Assembly: GCA_021823405.1 (NCBI GenBank)
Contig: JAKAOA010000002.1
Span: 12,434-76,433 of the forward strand
Source of the DNA: Bacteroidota bacterium
GTDB lineage: Bacteria; Bacteroidota; Bacteroidia; JABEUT01
Length of the DNA: 64,000 nucleotides
Reading direction: 5' to 3'
The position numbers were made by a program, and so were the translations under genes. Shown one piece after another: positions 10,337 through 20,389 of the stretch (its first letter is position 1; each line of letters starts with the position of its first letter). The notes beneath the pieces were generated by a model. That model worked only from the letters and a program-made list of their open reading frames with translations. It was not told the DNA's origin and did no database searches.

Positions 10337-11086
10337 ATGAAAAAGTCATTACTAATAATTGGTGTTGCAATCTTCTCCCTTTTTCAGGCGAAGGCGCAGT
10401 TTATTGAAATTATGCGCGCCAATGGCAATCACTCCATTAATGATTCAACCATTACTGTTGTGGGTAACAATGGCATGCCCCAATACACTGTAAATTTTTA
10501 TGTGGTGAATACCGGAATTTCAACTTTAAATGTAAAATGTAAATGGGAAATTAAAACTGCTGTTGCCCATACATCGAATGCCATTTGCTGGGGATTATGC
10601 TTTGGTGCGAACTCATCCCTTGACTATACTGCCCCCAGTACGCAAGCCATGTCAAAACAAGGCGGCGGTACCGATACTAATATAACCTTTGTGGGTTATT
10701 ATAACGACTCGTCAAAAGTGGCCACAGAATCAATCTACTACATATTTTATAATTCTACCAACCCATCCGATTCATCCTGGGTGCTGGTAAATTATGTAAT
10801 AAACAGTGATGCAGGAGTAGCCAATGTATCAGCCAACCAATTGCATATTTCCGCTCCTTACCCCAACCCTGCGAACAAATATGCAAGCTTCAATTACAAC
10901 ATCAATACTACCTCACATTTAACCCTTTATAACTCTATCGGTCAGAAAGTTAATGATGCTGTATTAAACCCTTCCGGCAACAGATTCAATCTGGATGTTT
11001 CGGGTATGCCTTCCGGAATTTATTTCTGTGAATTATATGACGGTACATCCCAACCGGTGTTCCAGAAATTAGTGGTAGCGCATTAA
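10337..11086 (+). CDS. Small T9SS C-terminal sorting domain protein. The track ORF starts at 10319; the signal peptide begins at MKKSLLIIGVAIFSLFQAKAQ (10337).
   Basis: C-terminal T9SS sorting-domain-like tail (LYNSIGQKV...GIYFCELYDGTSQPVFQKLVVAH). N-terminal signal peptide. Confidence 0.6.
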   Translation: MKKSLLIIGVAIFSLFQAKAQFIEIMRANGNHSINDSTITVVGNNGMPQYTVNFYVVNTGISTLNVKCKWEIKTAVAHTSNAICWGLCFGANSSLDYTAPSTQAMSKQGGGTDTNITFVGYYNDSSKVATESIYYIFYNSTNPSDSSWVLVNYVINSDAGVANVSANQLHISAPYPNPANKYASFNYNINTTSHLTLYNSIGQKVNDAVLNPSGNRFNLDVSGMPSGIYFCELYDGTSQPVFQKLVVAH

Positions 11087-11183
11087 TTACCGGAATCCTT
11101 AATTGAAAATTGGTTACTGTTTGTTGAAACATTTGAACATCTTGCAGGTTCAACGCTTCATTCTGCCTTCATTTTTATTTCTC

Positions 11184-11191
11184 TATCTTTG
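11184..11191 (+). promoter_or_regulatory. Candidate Bacteroidetes sigmaA -7 box TATCTTTG (TAnnTTTG) about 25 bp upstream of the TlpA ATG at 11216
   Basis: Exact TAnnTTTG consensus seen in the sequence. The ORF-track start (11189) falls inside it, so the true start is 11216. Confidence 0.4.
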
Positions 11192-11215
11192 CTGCAACAC
11201 AAATGCAAACATTTT

Positions 11216-11722
11216 ATGAAAAAGATAATTGTAGCGCTCGCACTCCTTACTTCTTCATTATACATTTGCTCGGGGCAAGGGTTGAATAATACCAAGATTC
11301 CCTCCGTAGATGTAAGAACCCTGAACGGAGCCAATTTCAATACCAGCAAGCTTTCAAACGGCGGAAAGCCGATGATTGTGGACTTTTGGGCTACATGGTG
11401 CAAACCCTGCATTGCCGAACTGGATGCCATAGCCGAAAACTATCCCGACTGGAAGAAGGAAACAGGCGTAAAGGTTATCGCCATCTCGGTTGACGACCAG
11501 CGCACCAGTTCTAAGGTGCCATCATTTGTGCGGCAAAAGGGCTGGACATACGACGTATATCTCGACCCAAATCAGGATTTCCAAAGGGCAATGCAGGTTA
11601 TTAATTGCCCCTGTACATTTATTGTGGACGGAACAGGTAAAATTGTATGGGTGCATAACTCATATATAGAAGGTGACGAAGACAACCTGTACTCCGCACT
11701 TAAAAAAGTAGTGCATAAATAA
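11216..11722 (+). CDS. TlpA/ResA-family thiol:disulfide oxidoreductase (thioredoxin fold, CxxC = WCKPC), secreted
   Basis: WATWCKPC active-site motif. Signal peptide MKKIIVALALLTSSLYICSGQ. Confidence 0.75.
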   Translation: MKKIIVALALLTSSLYICSGQGLNNTKIPSVDVRTLNGANFNTSKLSNGGKPMIVDFWATWCKPCIAELDAIAENYPDWKKETGVKVIAISVDDQRTSSKVPSFVRQKGWTYDVYLDPNQDFQRAMQVINCPCTFIVDGTGKIVWVHNSYIEGDEDNLYSALKKVVHK

Positions 11723-11797
11723 CCGTAAGACGGCTGTATACACGCCGCTTAACTATAAAGAGAACGGCGCTATTTTATTCAAAACGAAACGTCGGAG

Positions 11798-12322
11798 ATG
11801 ACCATGAGAAAGGCAATCTTCATTTTCATATTCACAGCGTCCGCCATAATTCAACTTAATGCTCAAGACACGGGGTTCAAACTACCCGGAATCATGGTAC
11901 GAAATTTGAACGGAGACGCAGTAAATACCGCAACCTTCTCAAACGGCGGTAAGCCCGTTATAATCGATTTTTTCGCTACATGGTGCCGACCCTGTATTAT
12001 GGAATTGAATGCCATAGCCGATATGTATGATTATGAGCAAAAGCGAACCGGAGTGAAGGTAATTATTATCTCGGTAGATTCAGCTTCTTTTAAGAGCGGC
12101 AAGGTTGCCAAATTTATCAGAAGCAAGGGATGGAGATATGAGGTTTATCTTGATTCGGCAGGCGATTTTCAGAAAGCCATGAATGTTACCGATACCCCCG
12201 AAACATATATCATCAACGGCAAAGGAATTGTGGTTTGGGAACATACTTCCTACCTTGAGGGCGACGAGAACGGACTATTTGAGGCGCTCGATAAAGTAGT
12301 CGGCATTTCATCAGCGCATTAG
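11798..12322 (+). CDS. TlpA/ResA-family thiol:disulfide oxidoreductase, tandem paralog (WCRPC)
   Basis: FATWCRPC motif. Same domain order and similar length as the upstream gene. Confidence 0.75.
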   Translation: MTMRKAIFIFIFTASAIIQLNAQDTGFKLPGIMVRNLNGDAVNTATFSNGGKPVIIDFFATWCRPCIMELNAIADMYDYEQKRTGVKVIIISVDSASFKSGKVAKFIRSKGWRYEVYLDSAGDFQKAMNVTDTPETYIINGKGIVVWEHTSYLEGDENGLFEALDKVVGISSAH

Positions 12323-12415
12323 GCGATAATGACTTGCGTTATCACTGATTTGAAAGGTTTTTTTAGCTTTGTGCAATAAAGCGAACAATTACAAATTATA
12401 AACAATACCCTGCCC

Positions 12416-14077
12416 ATGGGAAAAACTAAAATTAACCCATATCCGTTAAACATTCTTATCATGGGTATCTTGTCATTATCATTTCTACAATCCGGAGCGC
12501 AGATTCTGAATGGAGCAGGTCAGATACATGGAAGCATGGAGGTAGATGCCGCAACCTATACAGCGGATTCACTTATTGGGGCGCCACTGGTTCCTGAAAA
12601 GATGGACGTGCAGAATTTTACAGAACTGGATTATACCAACGGACGAATATCGGCAGGAGTGCGCTATGAAACCTACGACAATGCCTTACTGGGTTACGAC
12701 CCTCGCTATAACGGAAGCGGAATTGCTTACCGCTATGCACGTTATACCGATTCAGTAGTGGATATAACCGTAGGTAATTTTTATGAACAGTTCGGCAGCG
12801 GGATGATATTCCGTACCTACTGGAGCTACCCCCTTGGCGTAGATAACTCGCTCGACGGAGTAAGATTACGGTTAACGCCCCATAAAGGTATTTACATTAA
12901 AGCCGTTACCGGACATCAGCGCTACTACTGGACAGAAGGCGTGGGAATAGTACGCGGAGTTGACGGCGAAATAAATATGAACGAACTCATACCAAACTGG
13001 GAACAGCATAAAACCAATGTGATACTCGGCGGCAGTTTTGTAAGCAAATACCAGGCGCCGGATAACCCGAGCTATAATATGCCTGCCAACGTGGGAGCTA
13101 CCGCCGGCAGAATTAACATTACAAACGGCGGGTTCAGTTTTTACACAGAATACGCCTACAAAATAAATGACCCTTCGGCGGTAAATGGATATCTTTTCTG
13201 CCCCGGACAAGGATTGTTTTCCAAGGCAACCTACGCCCAAAAAGGAATTTCCCTCTCATTTTCGGCAGAGCGGATTCAGAATATGAGCTTTAAATCGGAT
13301 AATGCAGCTGTGAAAAATGACCTTGATATGAATTACCTGCCCTTCCTGCCAAGAGATGAAACATATCAGGTAGCAACATTTTTCCCTTATGCCACACAGC
13401 CAAACGGCGAAGAAGGACTGGACGGCGAAACGCAATTTACCATACCTAAAGGAACACTTTTCGGAGGGCATTACGGTACATCAGTCGATGTGGAGTTTTC
13501 TGCCATCAATTCGCTTGACACAACCACCCTGAACGACCTGAACACTACCAGACAAGGATATACATCTAAATTTTTCGGCATAGGGCAGACCAATTACTGG
13601 GATAACCTTACAATAGAATTACAGCACAAATTCTCACCCAAATTCAGAATGATAGCGCAATATGATTATGAGACCTACAATACAGACATTATTCAGGATG
13701 AAGTGGGTTTTCCTACTATTCATGCAAATATGGGAGTGCTCGACAGCTACTGGAGGGTTACCGAAAGTAACACCCTTCACATAGAAGCGCAGGAATTCTA
13801 CGCCACAGAATATCAGGGAAGCTGGGCAGTAGGTCTTGCCGAATTCAACTTTGGACCTAGCTGGTTCATCGGTGCGCTTGACGAATACAATTATGGCAAC
13901 CCAAATCCATTGGAACGCATACACTATGCAACCTTTACCGGCGGTTATACCAAGGGTTTCTTCCGGATTACACTCGGCTACGGCAAAACGCGCGCAGGTA
14001 TCCTTTGTATAGGAGGCGTATGCAGGGAAATACCCGCCGCCGACGGATTCACCTTATCACTCACAGAAAGTTTTTAA
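12416..14077 (+). CDS. Putative outer-membrane beta-barrel protein (uncharacterised family), 553 aa
   Basis: Signal peptide. Alternating aromatic/hydrophilic beta-strand pattern. C-terminal ...LSLTESF with terminal Phe typical of OMP barrels. Confidence 0.5.
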   Translation: MGKTKINPYPLNILIMGILSLSFLQSGAQILNGAGQIHGSMEVDAATYTADSLIGAPLVPEKMDVQNFTELDYTNGRISAGVRYETYDNALLGYDPRYNGSGIAYRYARYTDSVVDITVGNFYEQFGSGMIFRTYWSYPLGVDNSLDGVRLRLTPHKGIYIKAVTGHQRYYWTEGVGIVRGVDGEINMNELIPNWEQHKTNVILGGSFVSKYQAPDNPSYNMPANVGATAGRINITNGGFSFYTEYAYKINDPSAVNGYLFCPGQGLFSKATYAQKGISLSFSAERIQNMSFKSDNAAVKNDLDMNYLPFLPRDETYQVATFFPYATQPNGEEGLDGETQFTIPKGTLFGGHYGTSVDVEFSAINSLDTTTLNDLNTTRQGYTSKFFGIGQTNYWDNLTIELQHKFSPKFRMIAQYDYETYNTDIIQDEVGFPTIHANMGVLDSYWRVTESNTLHIEAQEFYATEYQGSWAVGLAEFNFGPSWFIGALDEYNYGNPNPLERIHYATFTGGYTKGFFRITLGYGKTRAGILCIGGVCREIPAADGFTLSLTESF

Positions 14078-15129
14078 TGAATCATCAATCTTATTGCAAT
14101 ATGAACAACAAGCAGATACTTTCAGCCAACATCGGAGGGATATTTTCGTACGTCATGGCGCTGGCTATCCTGTTCAGCAGCGGCTGCGATTATATCACCA
14201 ACCCAGTTGTAACCCATAGCGGTAATTCAGCTCTGCCTACAAGTCCTCCCACACGTGTAGATAGCACATCTGCCACCGACGACGCTTTGACAAAAGCGCT
14301 GGTGGAAGATTATACAGGGCACCGCTGCGAAAATTGCCCCGCGGCAGCTATACAAATCGACCCGTTACTTACAGGGGTTAAGGCAGCGAATATAGTACTG
14401 TTACAGGTAAACTGTACCTTGACATTCGGTCAGGGATTCCCTAAAAACAGCTTTGTGGGTTTGCCCGATACTGCATACGGAATAGATTACAGAATTACCG
14501 CCGGAAATAACTGGAACAATACTTTCATTAATGGTGATAACAATGGGCTGCCCGGCACCATGGTGGACAGGTTATATTATTCTCCATCCGCGGGTGCGGG
14601 CGGCGGGAACGACTTATACCTGAACGTGAAAAATGTTTCAACTCCCTTTGATTCATTGACTGCTACAAGTCCAACTGCATCCATACACATTATCGACAGT
14701 ATGTGGGCGCCGCCGACAAGCTTCCTGGCAATGAACATTACCACAAAATTGCACAATCCACAGAGCGGCAATACCTATTGGCTGGTAGTATGCCTTGCTG
14801 AAGACAGCATCTATGATTGGCAGGACAGTTTGAATGTAAACAGGCAGTATTACCTAAAAAGAATGACCTTGCGAAAAGTAATTAACGGCAATGGCAGCGG
14901 TTGGGGCGATAGCTTAACGCATACCACTTCGCCGCAGACAAAGTACTACACTTTTACCAACGATACGTTAATGTTAAATAATTCGATGCCGATATCTCTT
15001 CCACCCAAAATACCTACCCGTTTCTGGAATATGGCGCACATGTATATTGTAGCTTTTGTATATCAGCAGACGCCAAGCGGTAAGCCATACGATTATATGG
15101 TATTACAGGCGCAGAAACTCCATCTCTAA
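14077..15129 (+). CDS. Hypothetical lipoprotein. The start is ATG 14077 or 14101 (MNNKQILSANIGGIFSYVMALAILFSSGC lipobox). The track ORF start at 14005 overlaps the upstream gene and is rejected.
   Basis: Lipoprotein signal peptide with FSSGC lipobox. The ATG at 14077 overlaps the upstream stop (TAATG). Confidence 0.55.
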   Translation: MNHQSYCNMNNKQILSANIGGIFSYVMALAILFSSGCDYITNPVVTHSGNSALPTSPPTRVDSTSATDDALTKALVEDYTGHRCENCPAAAIQIDPLLTGVKAANIVLLQVNCTLTFGQGFPKNSFVGLPDTAYGIDYRITAGNNWNNTFINGDNNGLPGTMVDRLYYSPSAGAGGGNDLYLNVKNVSTPFDSLTATSPTASIHIIDSMWAPPTSFLAMNITTKLHNPQSGNTYWLVVCLAEDSIYDWQDSLNVNRQYYLKRMTLRKVINGNGSGWGDSLTHTTSPQTKYYTFTNDTLMLNNSMPISLPPKIPTRFWNMAHMYIVAFVYQQTPSGKPYDYMVLQAQKLHL

Positions 15130-15161
15130 AGCCGTTTGCCCGGAATTACAGGCGGTAGGGC

Positions 15162-16301
15162 TTAAAGTGTTCCTCTGCGCGCTTGTTCTCTTTCGATGGA
15201 TTCGAAGAGCGCTTTAAAGTTACCGGCTCCAAACGACTTGGCGCCTTTACGCTGTATCACTTCATAGAATAGAGTAGGGCGGTCTTCTACAGGTTTCGTG
15301 AATATCTGAAGCAGATAGCCCTCTTCATCCCGGTCAACAAGGATTTTTAGACGCCTTAAATCTTCTATTTTTTCGTCAATCTTACCCACTCTGCTGTACA
15401 AATCCTCGTAATAGGTATCAGGGGTAGGCAGAAATTCCACGCCCCTGGCATTCAGTTCGGTTACTGTGGTAAGTATATCATTCGTTTCAAGAGCTATGTG
15501 CTGCACTCCGGCAGTGTGATAAAAGTCGAGGTACTCTTCAATCTGCGATTTCTTTTTGCCTTTGGCAGGTTCGTTTATAGGGAATTTAATGTAGCCGTTG
15601 CCGTTGCTTACCACTTTGCTCATAAGGGCGGAGTACTCGGTAGATATTTGTTTGTCGTCGAAGGTAAGAAGTAGTTTGAAGCCCATTACCTCTTCGTAAA
15701 ATTTAACCCATTTATTCATTTCGCCAAGCGGAACATTTCCAACGCAGTGATCTACATGTTTCAGCCCTACCGGTTTGATTTTAAAAAGGGAATTCGCCTT
15801 CTGGTATCCCGGAAGAAATTCGCCTTTGTAGTTTTTGCGTTCTACAAAGGTGTGTATGGTTTCTCCGTAAGTAAAGATGGAAGCGGTTTTAACTTCGCCG
15901 GATTCATCTCTCATCGTTTGAGGAAGAATAGCAGGTTTTGCGCCTCTTCTTACCGTTTCATTAAATGATTTCTCGGCATCATCAACCCATAATGCGAGAA
16001 CTTTAACCCCGTCACCATGTTTTTGAACATGTTCCGCCGCCGGATGCTTTGGGGTAAGTGCGGTGGTTAGCACAAGCCGAACTTTACCCTGTTTTAATAC
16101 GTAAGATGTCTTGTCCTTTACGCCTGTTTCCAATCCTGAATAGGCAACCAGCTCATATCCCCAAGCGGATTGGTAGTAATAGGCGGCTTGTTTTGCATTA
16201 CCTACATAAAATTCAATATAATCGGTGCCGTTGATAGGCAAAAAATCGGGACTGGCGTTTTTATGCAACTCCTTCAGTTTATTTTCTACTGCTGTTTCCA
16301 T
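15162..16301 (-). CDS. hppD: 4-hydroxyphenylpyruvate dioxygenase
   Basis: 379 aa. Two-module VOC fold with conserved HPPD C-terminal region (..FGAGNFKALFESIEREQARRG). Confidence 0.85.
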   Translation of the reverse strand: METAVENKLKELHKNASPDFLPINGTDYIEFYVGNAKQAAYYYQSAWGYELVAYSGLETGVKDKTSYVLKQGKVRLVLTTALTPKHPAAEHVQKHGDGVKVLALWVDDAEKSFNETVRRGAKPAILPQTMRDESGEVKTASIFTYGETIHTFVERKNYKGEFLPGYQKANSLFKIKPVGLKHVDHCVGNVPLGEMNKWVKFYEEVMGFKLLLTFDDKQISTEYSALMSKVVSNGNGYIKFPINEPAKGKKKSQIEEYLDFYHTAGVQHIALETNDILTTVTELNARGVEFLPTPDTYYEDLYSRVGKIDEKIEDLRRLKILVDRDEEGYLLQIFTKPVEDRPTLFYEVIQRKGAKSFGAGNFKALFESIEREQARRGTL

Positions 16302-16347
16302 ATCTTATTTTTTAATTTTAAAGGTTCAATCTTAATCCGTTCGTGGC

Positions 16348-17505
16348 TTATTCCACCCAGCTCTTATAGTATTTTCCATCATCAATTTTAATGGCATCTT
16401 TGGTAACCATAAGCGGGCGGAAGGTGTCTATCATTACTGCGAGTTCTTTGGTTTCCTTCTGACCAATGCTTCGTTCCATAGCGCCGGGAGCCGGTCCGTG
16501 GGGTATGCCTTTTGGATGAAGCGTAATATTGCCCTCCTTTATATTGTTGCGGCTCATAAAATCGCCATCTACATAATAAAGAACTTCATCAGAATCAATG
16601 TTACTATGGTTATAGGGGGCGGGTATCGCTTTCGGATGATAATCGTATAGGCGCGGACAAAATGAACAAACAACGTAATTGCGCGCTTCGAAATTCTGAT
16701 GTACGGGCGGCGGCTGATGAACGCGCCCGGTAATCGGTTCAAAGTCATGAATGGAAAAGGCATAAGGATAATTATAGCCGTCCCAACCGGCTACGTCAAA
16801 TGGGTGATAGGCATATACGAGCTCATGAAGATGGTTTTCCTTTTTTATCTTCACCAGAAAATCACCTTTTTCGTCTATGGTTTCAAGTTTAGAGGGCACG
16901 CGCAAATCGCGTTCGCAAAACGGCGAATGTTCCAACAATTGTCCGAATTCATTTCTATATCTCGAAGGCGTATAAATAGGGCTGAATGATTCAAGAAAGA
17001 GCAGCCGATTTTCCTTTGTGCTGAATTCTATTTGATAGATCATGCCACGCGGGATAATAAGATAGTCGCCATAGCCGAAAGGTATTTGTCCCATGAAGGT
17101 ATGCAGCGTGCCACTCCCCTTGTGAATGAATAAGAGTTCGTCGGCATCGGCATTTTTATAAAAATAATTTTTCATAGATTGAACCGGGGCTGCAAGTCCG
17201 AGCCATAAATCGTTGTTCAGCAGTAACGTTTTGCGGCTATCCAAAAAATCGCTTGCGACAGGTACGTCGAAACCATTAAGCAACATGGAGCGTATATTAT
17301 GCGTTACAGCAATTTCGGGTGTTATATCTTTACTTTTATTTATCGATTTAACCTGCGTAGGACGGTGCAAATGATATAACAATGACGACATCCCCGAGAA
17401 CCCCTCTGTTCCAAAAAGCTCTTCGTAATGGTATCCCGATTTCTCTTTTGCAAAAACGGTGTGCCTTTTGTGCGGTACTTTACCCAATTTATGATATATC
17501 GGCAT
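16348..17505 (-). CDS. hmgA: Homogentisate 1,2-dioxygenase. The start is moved to the ATG at 17505 (MPIYHKLGK...); the track start 17529 is a TTG.
   Basis: HGD family length and motifs. Adjacent to hppD (tyrosine catabolism pair). Confidence 0.85.
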   Translation of the reverse strand: MPIYHKLGKVPHKRHTVFAKEKSGYHYEELFGTEGFSGMSSLLYHLHRPTQVKSINKSKDITPEIAVTHNIRSMLLNGFDVPVASDFLDSRKTLLLNNDLWLGLAAPVQSMKNYFYKNADADELLFIHKGSGTLHTFMGQIPFGYGDYLIIPRGMIYQIEFSTKENRLLFLESFSPIYTPSRYRNEFGQLLEHSPFCERDLRVPSKLETIDEKGDFLVKIKKENHLHELVYAYHPFDVAGWDGYNYPYAFSIHDFEPITGRVHQPPPVHQNFEARNYVVCSFCPRLYDYHPKAIPAPYNHSNIDSDEVLYYVDGDFMSRNNIKEGNITLHPKGIPHGPAPGAMERSIGQKETKELAVMIDTFRPLMVTKDAIKIDDGKYYKSWVE

Positions 17506-17556
17506 GAGATGAAGGATTAACGAAAGCAAATTTAGTAATATTTCCCCAGAGATATA

Positions 17557-17570
17557 GTGATAAATATCAC
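17557..17570. promoter_or_regulatory. Inverted repeat GTGATA-AA-TATCAC, a candidate operator in the hmgA-hppD upstream region
   Basis: 6-bp perfect arms seen in the sequence, 50-60 bp upstream of the hmgA ATG (minus strand). Confidence 0.3.
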
Positions 17571-17924
17571 AAACAAAGTGTCCGATAAACAGATTCGGTC
17601 AGGTGCTTTATAATGAATCAGGGGAAAAATAAGTAGATTATACTGGCTAAGTTGTATTTGTTAAAATTCATGGCATCGGCATAACTATCAGCCCCGATTG
17701 TAATTGGCGGCTCGTAGGGATATTTTAACAGGTTATGAATAAAATTACAAAAATTAAATGGCATATTACTGAAAAAGAACTGTTTTATTGCCAAGCTCAT
17801 CTTAATCTGTGTAATTTAGCGTCATTTTCAGGTTGTTTATAGAACATTTTCATTCAAAATACGTTATTATTAGGAGCAAAAGAGCGGATAATGAGATTTT
17901 CAAGGACAGTATTGCAATTTTAAT

Positions 17925-18560
17925 ATGAAACCGAGATTATTCATAGTTACGATAATGGCGGTACTACCATTCCCATGCTATTGTCAAAGCGCATTGGCAT
18001 CAGCGCTGCCGCGCGATACCGCAGCAAAGCGGAACTCACCTGTATTGCAAACGGAACTGCCTGCAATTATAGTGAATGGAGATACATTACCGCAGGCACA
18101 GTTACCTGATGTAGCGATTATAGCCGCAAGAATATTTAAAAATTATAACGATGCGCTGCGCTACTATACGTTACAGCATGATGTGGAAATCGCCTATCCT
18201 TATGCAGTGCTTGCCGGCGCCACTTTCAGGCAGTGCGAGGAAACGCTAAAAACGATGTCGGACGAGTCGGAGAAAAAGCATTTTGTTAAGACAGTCGAAA
18301 AGCAGTTAATGAAACAATATTCGGATGAACTGAAAGCGCTTACTGTAAATCAGGGAAAGATTCTGATTAAACTGATTGATCGTGAGACCGGAAACTCGTC
18401 CTACGAGATGGTTAAGGATTTGAAGGGCTCATTCTCGGCGTTTATGTGGCAGACGGTCGCCCGCCTCTTCGGCGATAACCTTAAATCTACCTACGATGCC
18501 GATGAAGAGGACCGCGATATTGAAAACATAATAGGATTGATAGAAACTGGTGCCATTTAA
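17925..18560 (+). CDS. Hypothetical secreted protein (DUF4294-like)
   Basis: Signal peptide. 211 aa. No recognisable catalytic motif. Confidence 0.5.
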   Translation: MKPRLFIVTIMAVLPFPCYCQSALASALPRDTAAKRNSPVLQTELPAIIVNGDTLPQAQLPDVAIIAARIFKNYNDALRYYTLQHDVEIAYPYAVLAGATFRQCEETLKTMSDESEKKHFVKTVEKQLMKQYSDELKALTVNQGKILIKLIDRETGNSSYEMVKDLKGSFSAFMWQTVARLFGDNLKSTYDADEEDRDIENIIGLIETGAI

Positions 18561-18567
18561 CCCATCT

Positions 18568-19281
18568 TCAGGGCAGTGTAGCCGATACAGGAATGATTTT
18601 ACCATTGAAATTGGCGACGCCGTTAAGCGCAAAGTCCCTTATAAAATGAGCCATCTTTGCAGGAGTCATAAGGGCGCGTTCTCCGGGAAATGCCTGCGCG
18701 AACATTTCGGTCTGCACTGCTCCAAGGCAAAGGCAGTTCACAGCTATATTTCTCCCGGTTACTTCTTCCGCCAGACATTCTGTAAGACAGCCAAGAGCTG
18801 CCTTACTCGCGCTGTAGGCGCTCAACCCCCCATATTTTTTGCTCCCCTGAAAGCCGCCCATACTGCTTATATTAACAATATGAGTGGGTTTTTCTCCCTT
18901 CCCCATATAGGGCAGCATTAAACGGATTAAATCGAAAAGAGACAATACATTAACCCTGAAAATCGCCTCAACCTCTTCACGCGTCAGTTCGTCGAATGGC
19001 TTATTTATTAGCATTCCGGCATTATTTACCAGGATATCCACCGAATTTACACAGGACAATAATTCTGGAACAAAGGACAGAGGCAGTTTATCCAGATTAA
19101 GGTCGAGCACTAAAGGATAAATGCGGGCGCCCGGATATTGTGAGTGGCATTCCCTCCGGAGCTGTTCAAGTTTAAGTCGGTTTCTTGCTATCACTACTAC
19201 TTTATGGTTGATATCTGTAGCAAACCTTTTGGCGAGTTCATATCCTATTCCACGGCTGGCTCCGGTAATTACAATATTCAT
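18568..19281 (-). CDS. SDR-family short-chain dehydrogenase/reductase
   Basis: N-terminal TGASRGIG Rossmann motif. YxxxK (YSASK) catalytic motif. Confidence 0.8.
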   Translation of the reverse strand: MNIVITGASRGIGYELAKRFATDINHKVVVIARNRLKLEQLRRECHSQYPGARIYPLVLDLNLDKLPLSFVPELLSCVNSVDILVNNAGMLINKPFDELTREEVEAIFRVNVLSLFDLIRLMLPYMGKGEKPTHIVNISSMGGFQGSKKYGGLSAYSASKAALGCLTECLAEEVTGRNIAVNCLCLGAVQTEMFAQAFPGERALMTPAKMAHFIRDFALNGVANFNGKIIPVSATLP

Positions 19282-19328
19282 TGGTTGCTTTATTAAAATA
19301 CAAATATCCGAAAATAACGATATCTCCT

Positions 19329-20186
19329 CTATACCTGTTCAGTCAGCGAGATATTATCGATAAGCCGAACATCGCCGCTAAAAGCGGCTATGCATGCCAC
19401 AGCAGATTTACCGCTCGCCTTATCTTTCACCGGTTCCAGCGTTTCGGCGTTCACAATTTCGAAATAATCTAGTTTTAGGGGTGAAACCATATTAAATCTG
19501 TCTTTAACAAATTCTTTCAGTTCCGCTGAAGTTTTTTCTCCCCACATCGATTTTATCTTAAAGAGGGTTTGAGGGATGATAGAGGCATTGCTTCTTTCTT
19601 CTGCCGAAAGCAGCCGGTTACGCGAACTCATTGCCAGCCCATCGTCCTCGCGCACGATGGGGCACGCCTTTATGATTACCGGAAGGTGATGTGTATGTAC
19701 AAAATGCCTGATAAGCACGAGTTGCTGAAAGTCCTTTTTCCCAAAATAGGCATTATCCGGTTTAATAATGCAGAAAAGTTTGTTTACTATGGTCAGCATT
19801 CCCGCAAAATGTCCCGGACGCGATTTACCTTCCATCACCTTATCAAGAATTCCGAAATCTTCGTTAATGGTGGAGTAATCGCCCTTGCGGTACATTTCAT
19901 CCACTGATGGCGCAAACAGAATATCGCATCCCGCAGAAGCGAGCATCTGCATATCATCATCGATGGTTCTTGGATATTTCTCCAAATCGGAAGGACTGTT
20001 GAACTGGGTAGGGTTTACGAAAATGCTGCATACGGTAACGTCGTTTTCCGATTTTGAACGCGTTACAAGCGACAAATGTCCGCGATGCAGGGCGCCCATA
20101 GTTGGCACAAAGCCAATACTCCGTTTGCCATTTCTGTAGGGTGACAGCGCATCCTCCGTTTCTTTAATAGTGGCGTAAATCTTCAT
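19329..20186 (-). CDS. panC: Pantoate--beta-alanine ligase. The start is moved to the ATG at 20186 (MKIYATIKE); the track start is a TTG.
   Basis: PTMGALHRGH HIGH-type motif and conserved PanC core. Confidence 0.85.
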   Translation of the reverse strand: MKIYATIKETEDALSPYRNGKRSIGFVPTMGALHRGHLSLVTRSKSENDVTVCSIFVNPTQFNSPSDLEKYPRTIDDDMQMLASAGCDILFAPSVDEMYRKGDYSTINEDFGILDKVMEGKSRPGHFAGMLTIVNKLFCIIKPDNAYFGKKDFQQLVLIRHFVHTHHLPVIIKACPIVREDDGLAMSSRNRLLSAEERSNASIIPQTLFKIKSMWGEKTSAELKEFVKDRFNMVSPLKLDYFEIVNAETLEPVKDKASGKSAVACIAAFSGDVRLIDNISLTEQV

Positions 20187-20389
20187 CGCTGTTTGAATAA
20201 GGGCTGGCAAAAGTATTTAATTTATGCGATGCTTTGAATTTGCGAATTTTGGCAAATTCAATGGTGGTCGGTATGCAATTGTGCGGCAGGAATACAAGAG
20301 AATTGAAAATAAGATAGCCGTTTCATACTTGCCACTATCTTCATAAATCACGGTCGAATATTCGACTATATTATTACAAGGTTGATATG

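Noticed and set aside
14005-14076. Track start of ORF 14005-15129 (MYRRRMQGNTRRRR...)
   Set aside because: It overlaps the upstream barrel gene. A lipoprotein signal peptide begins at the internal ATGs 14077 or 14101.
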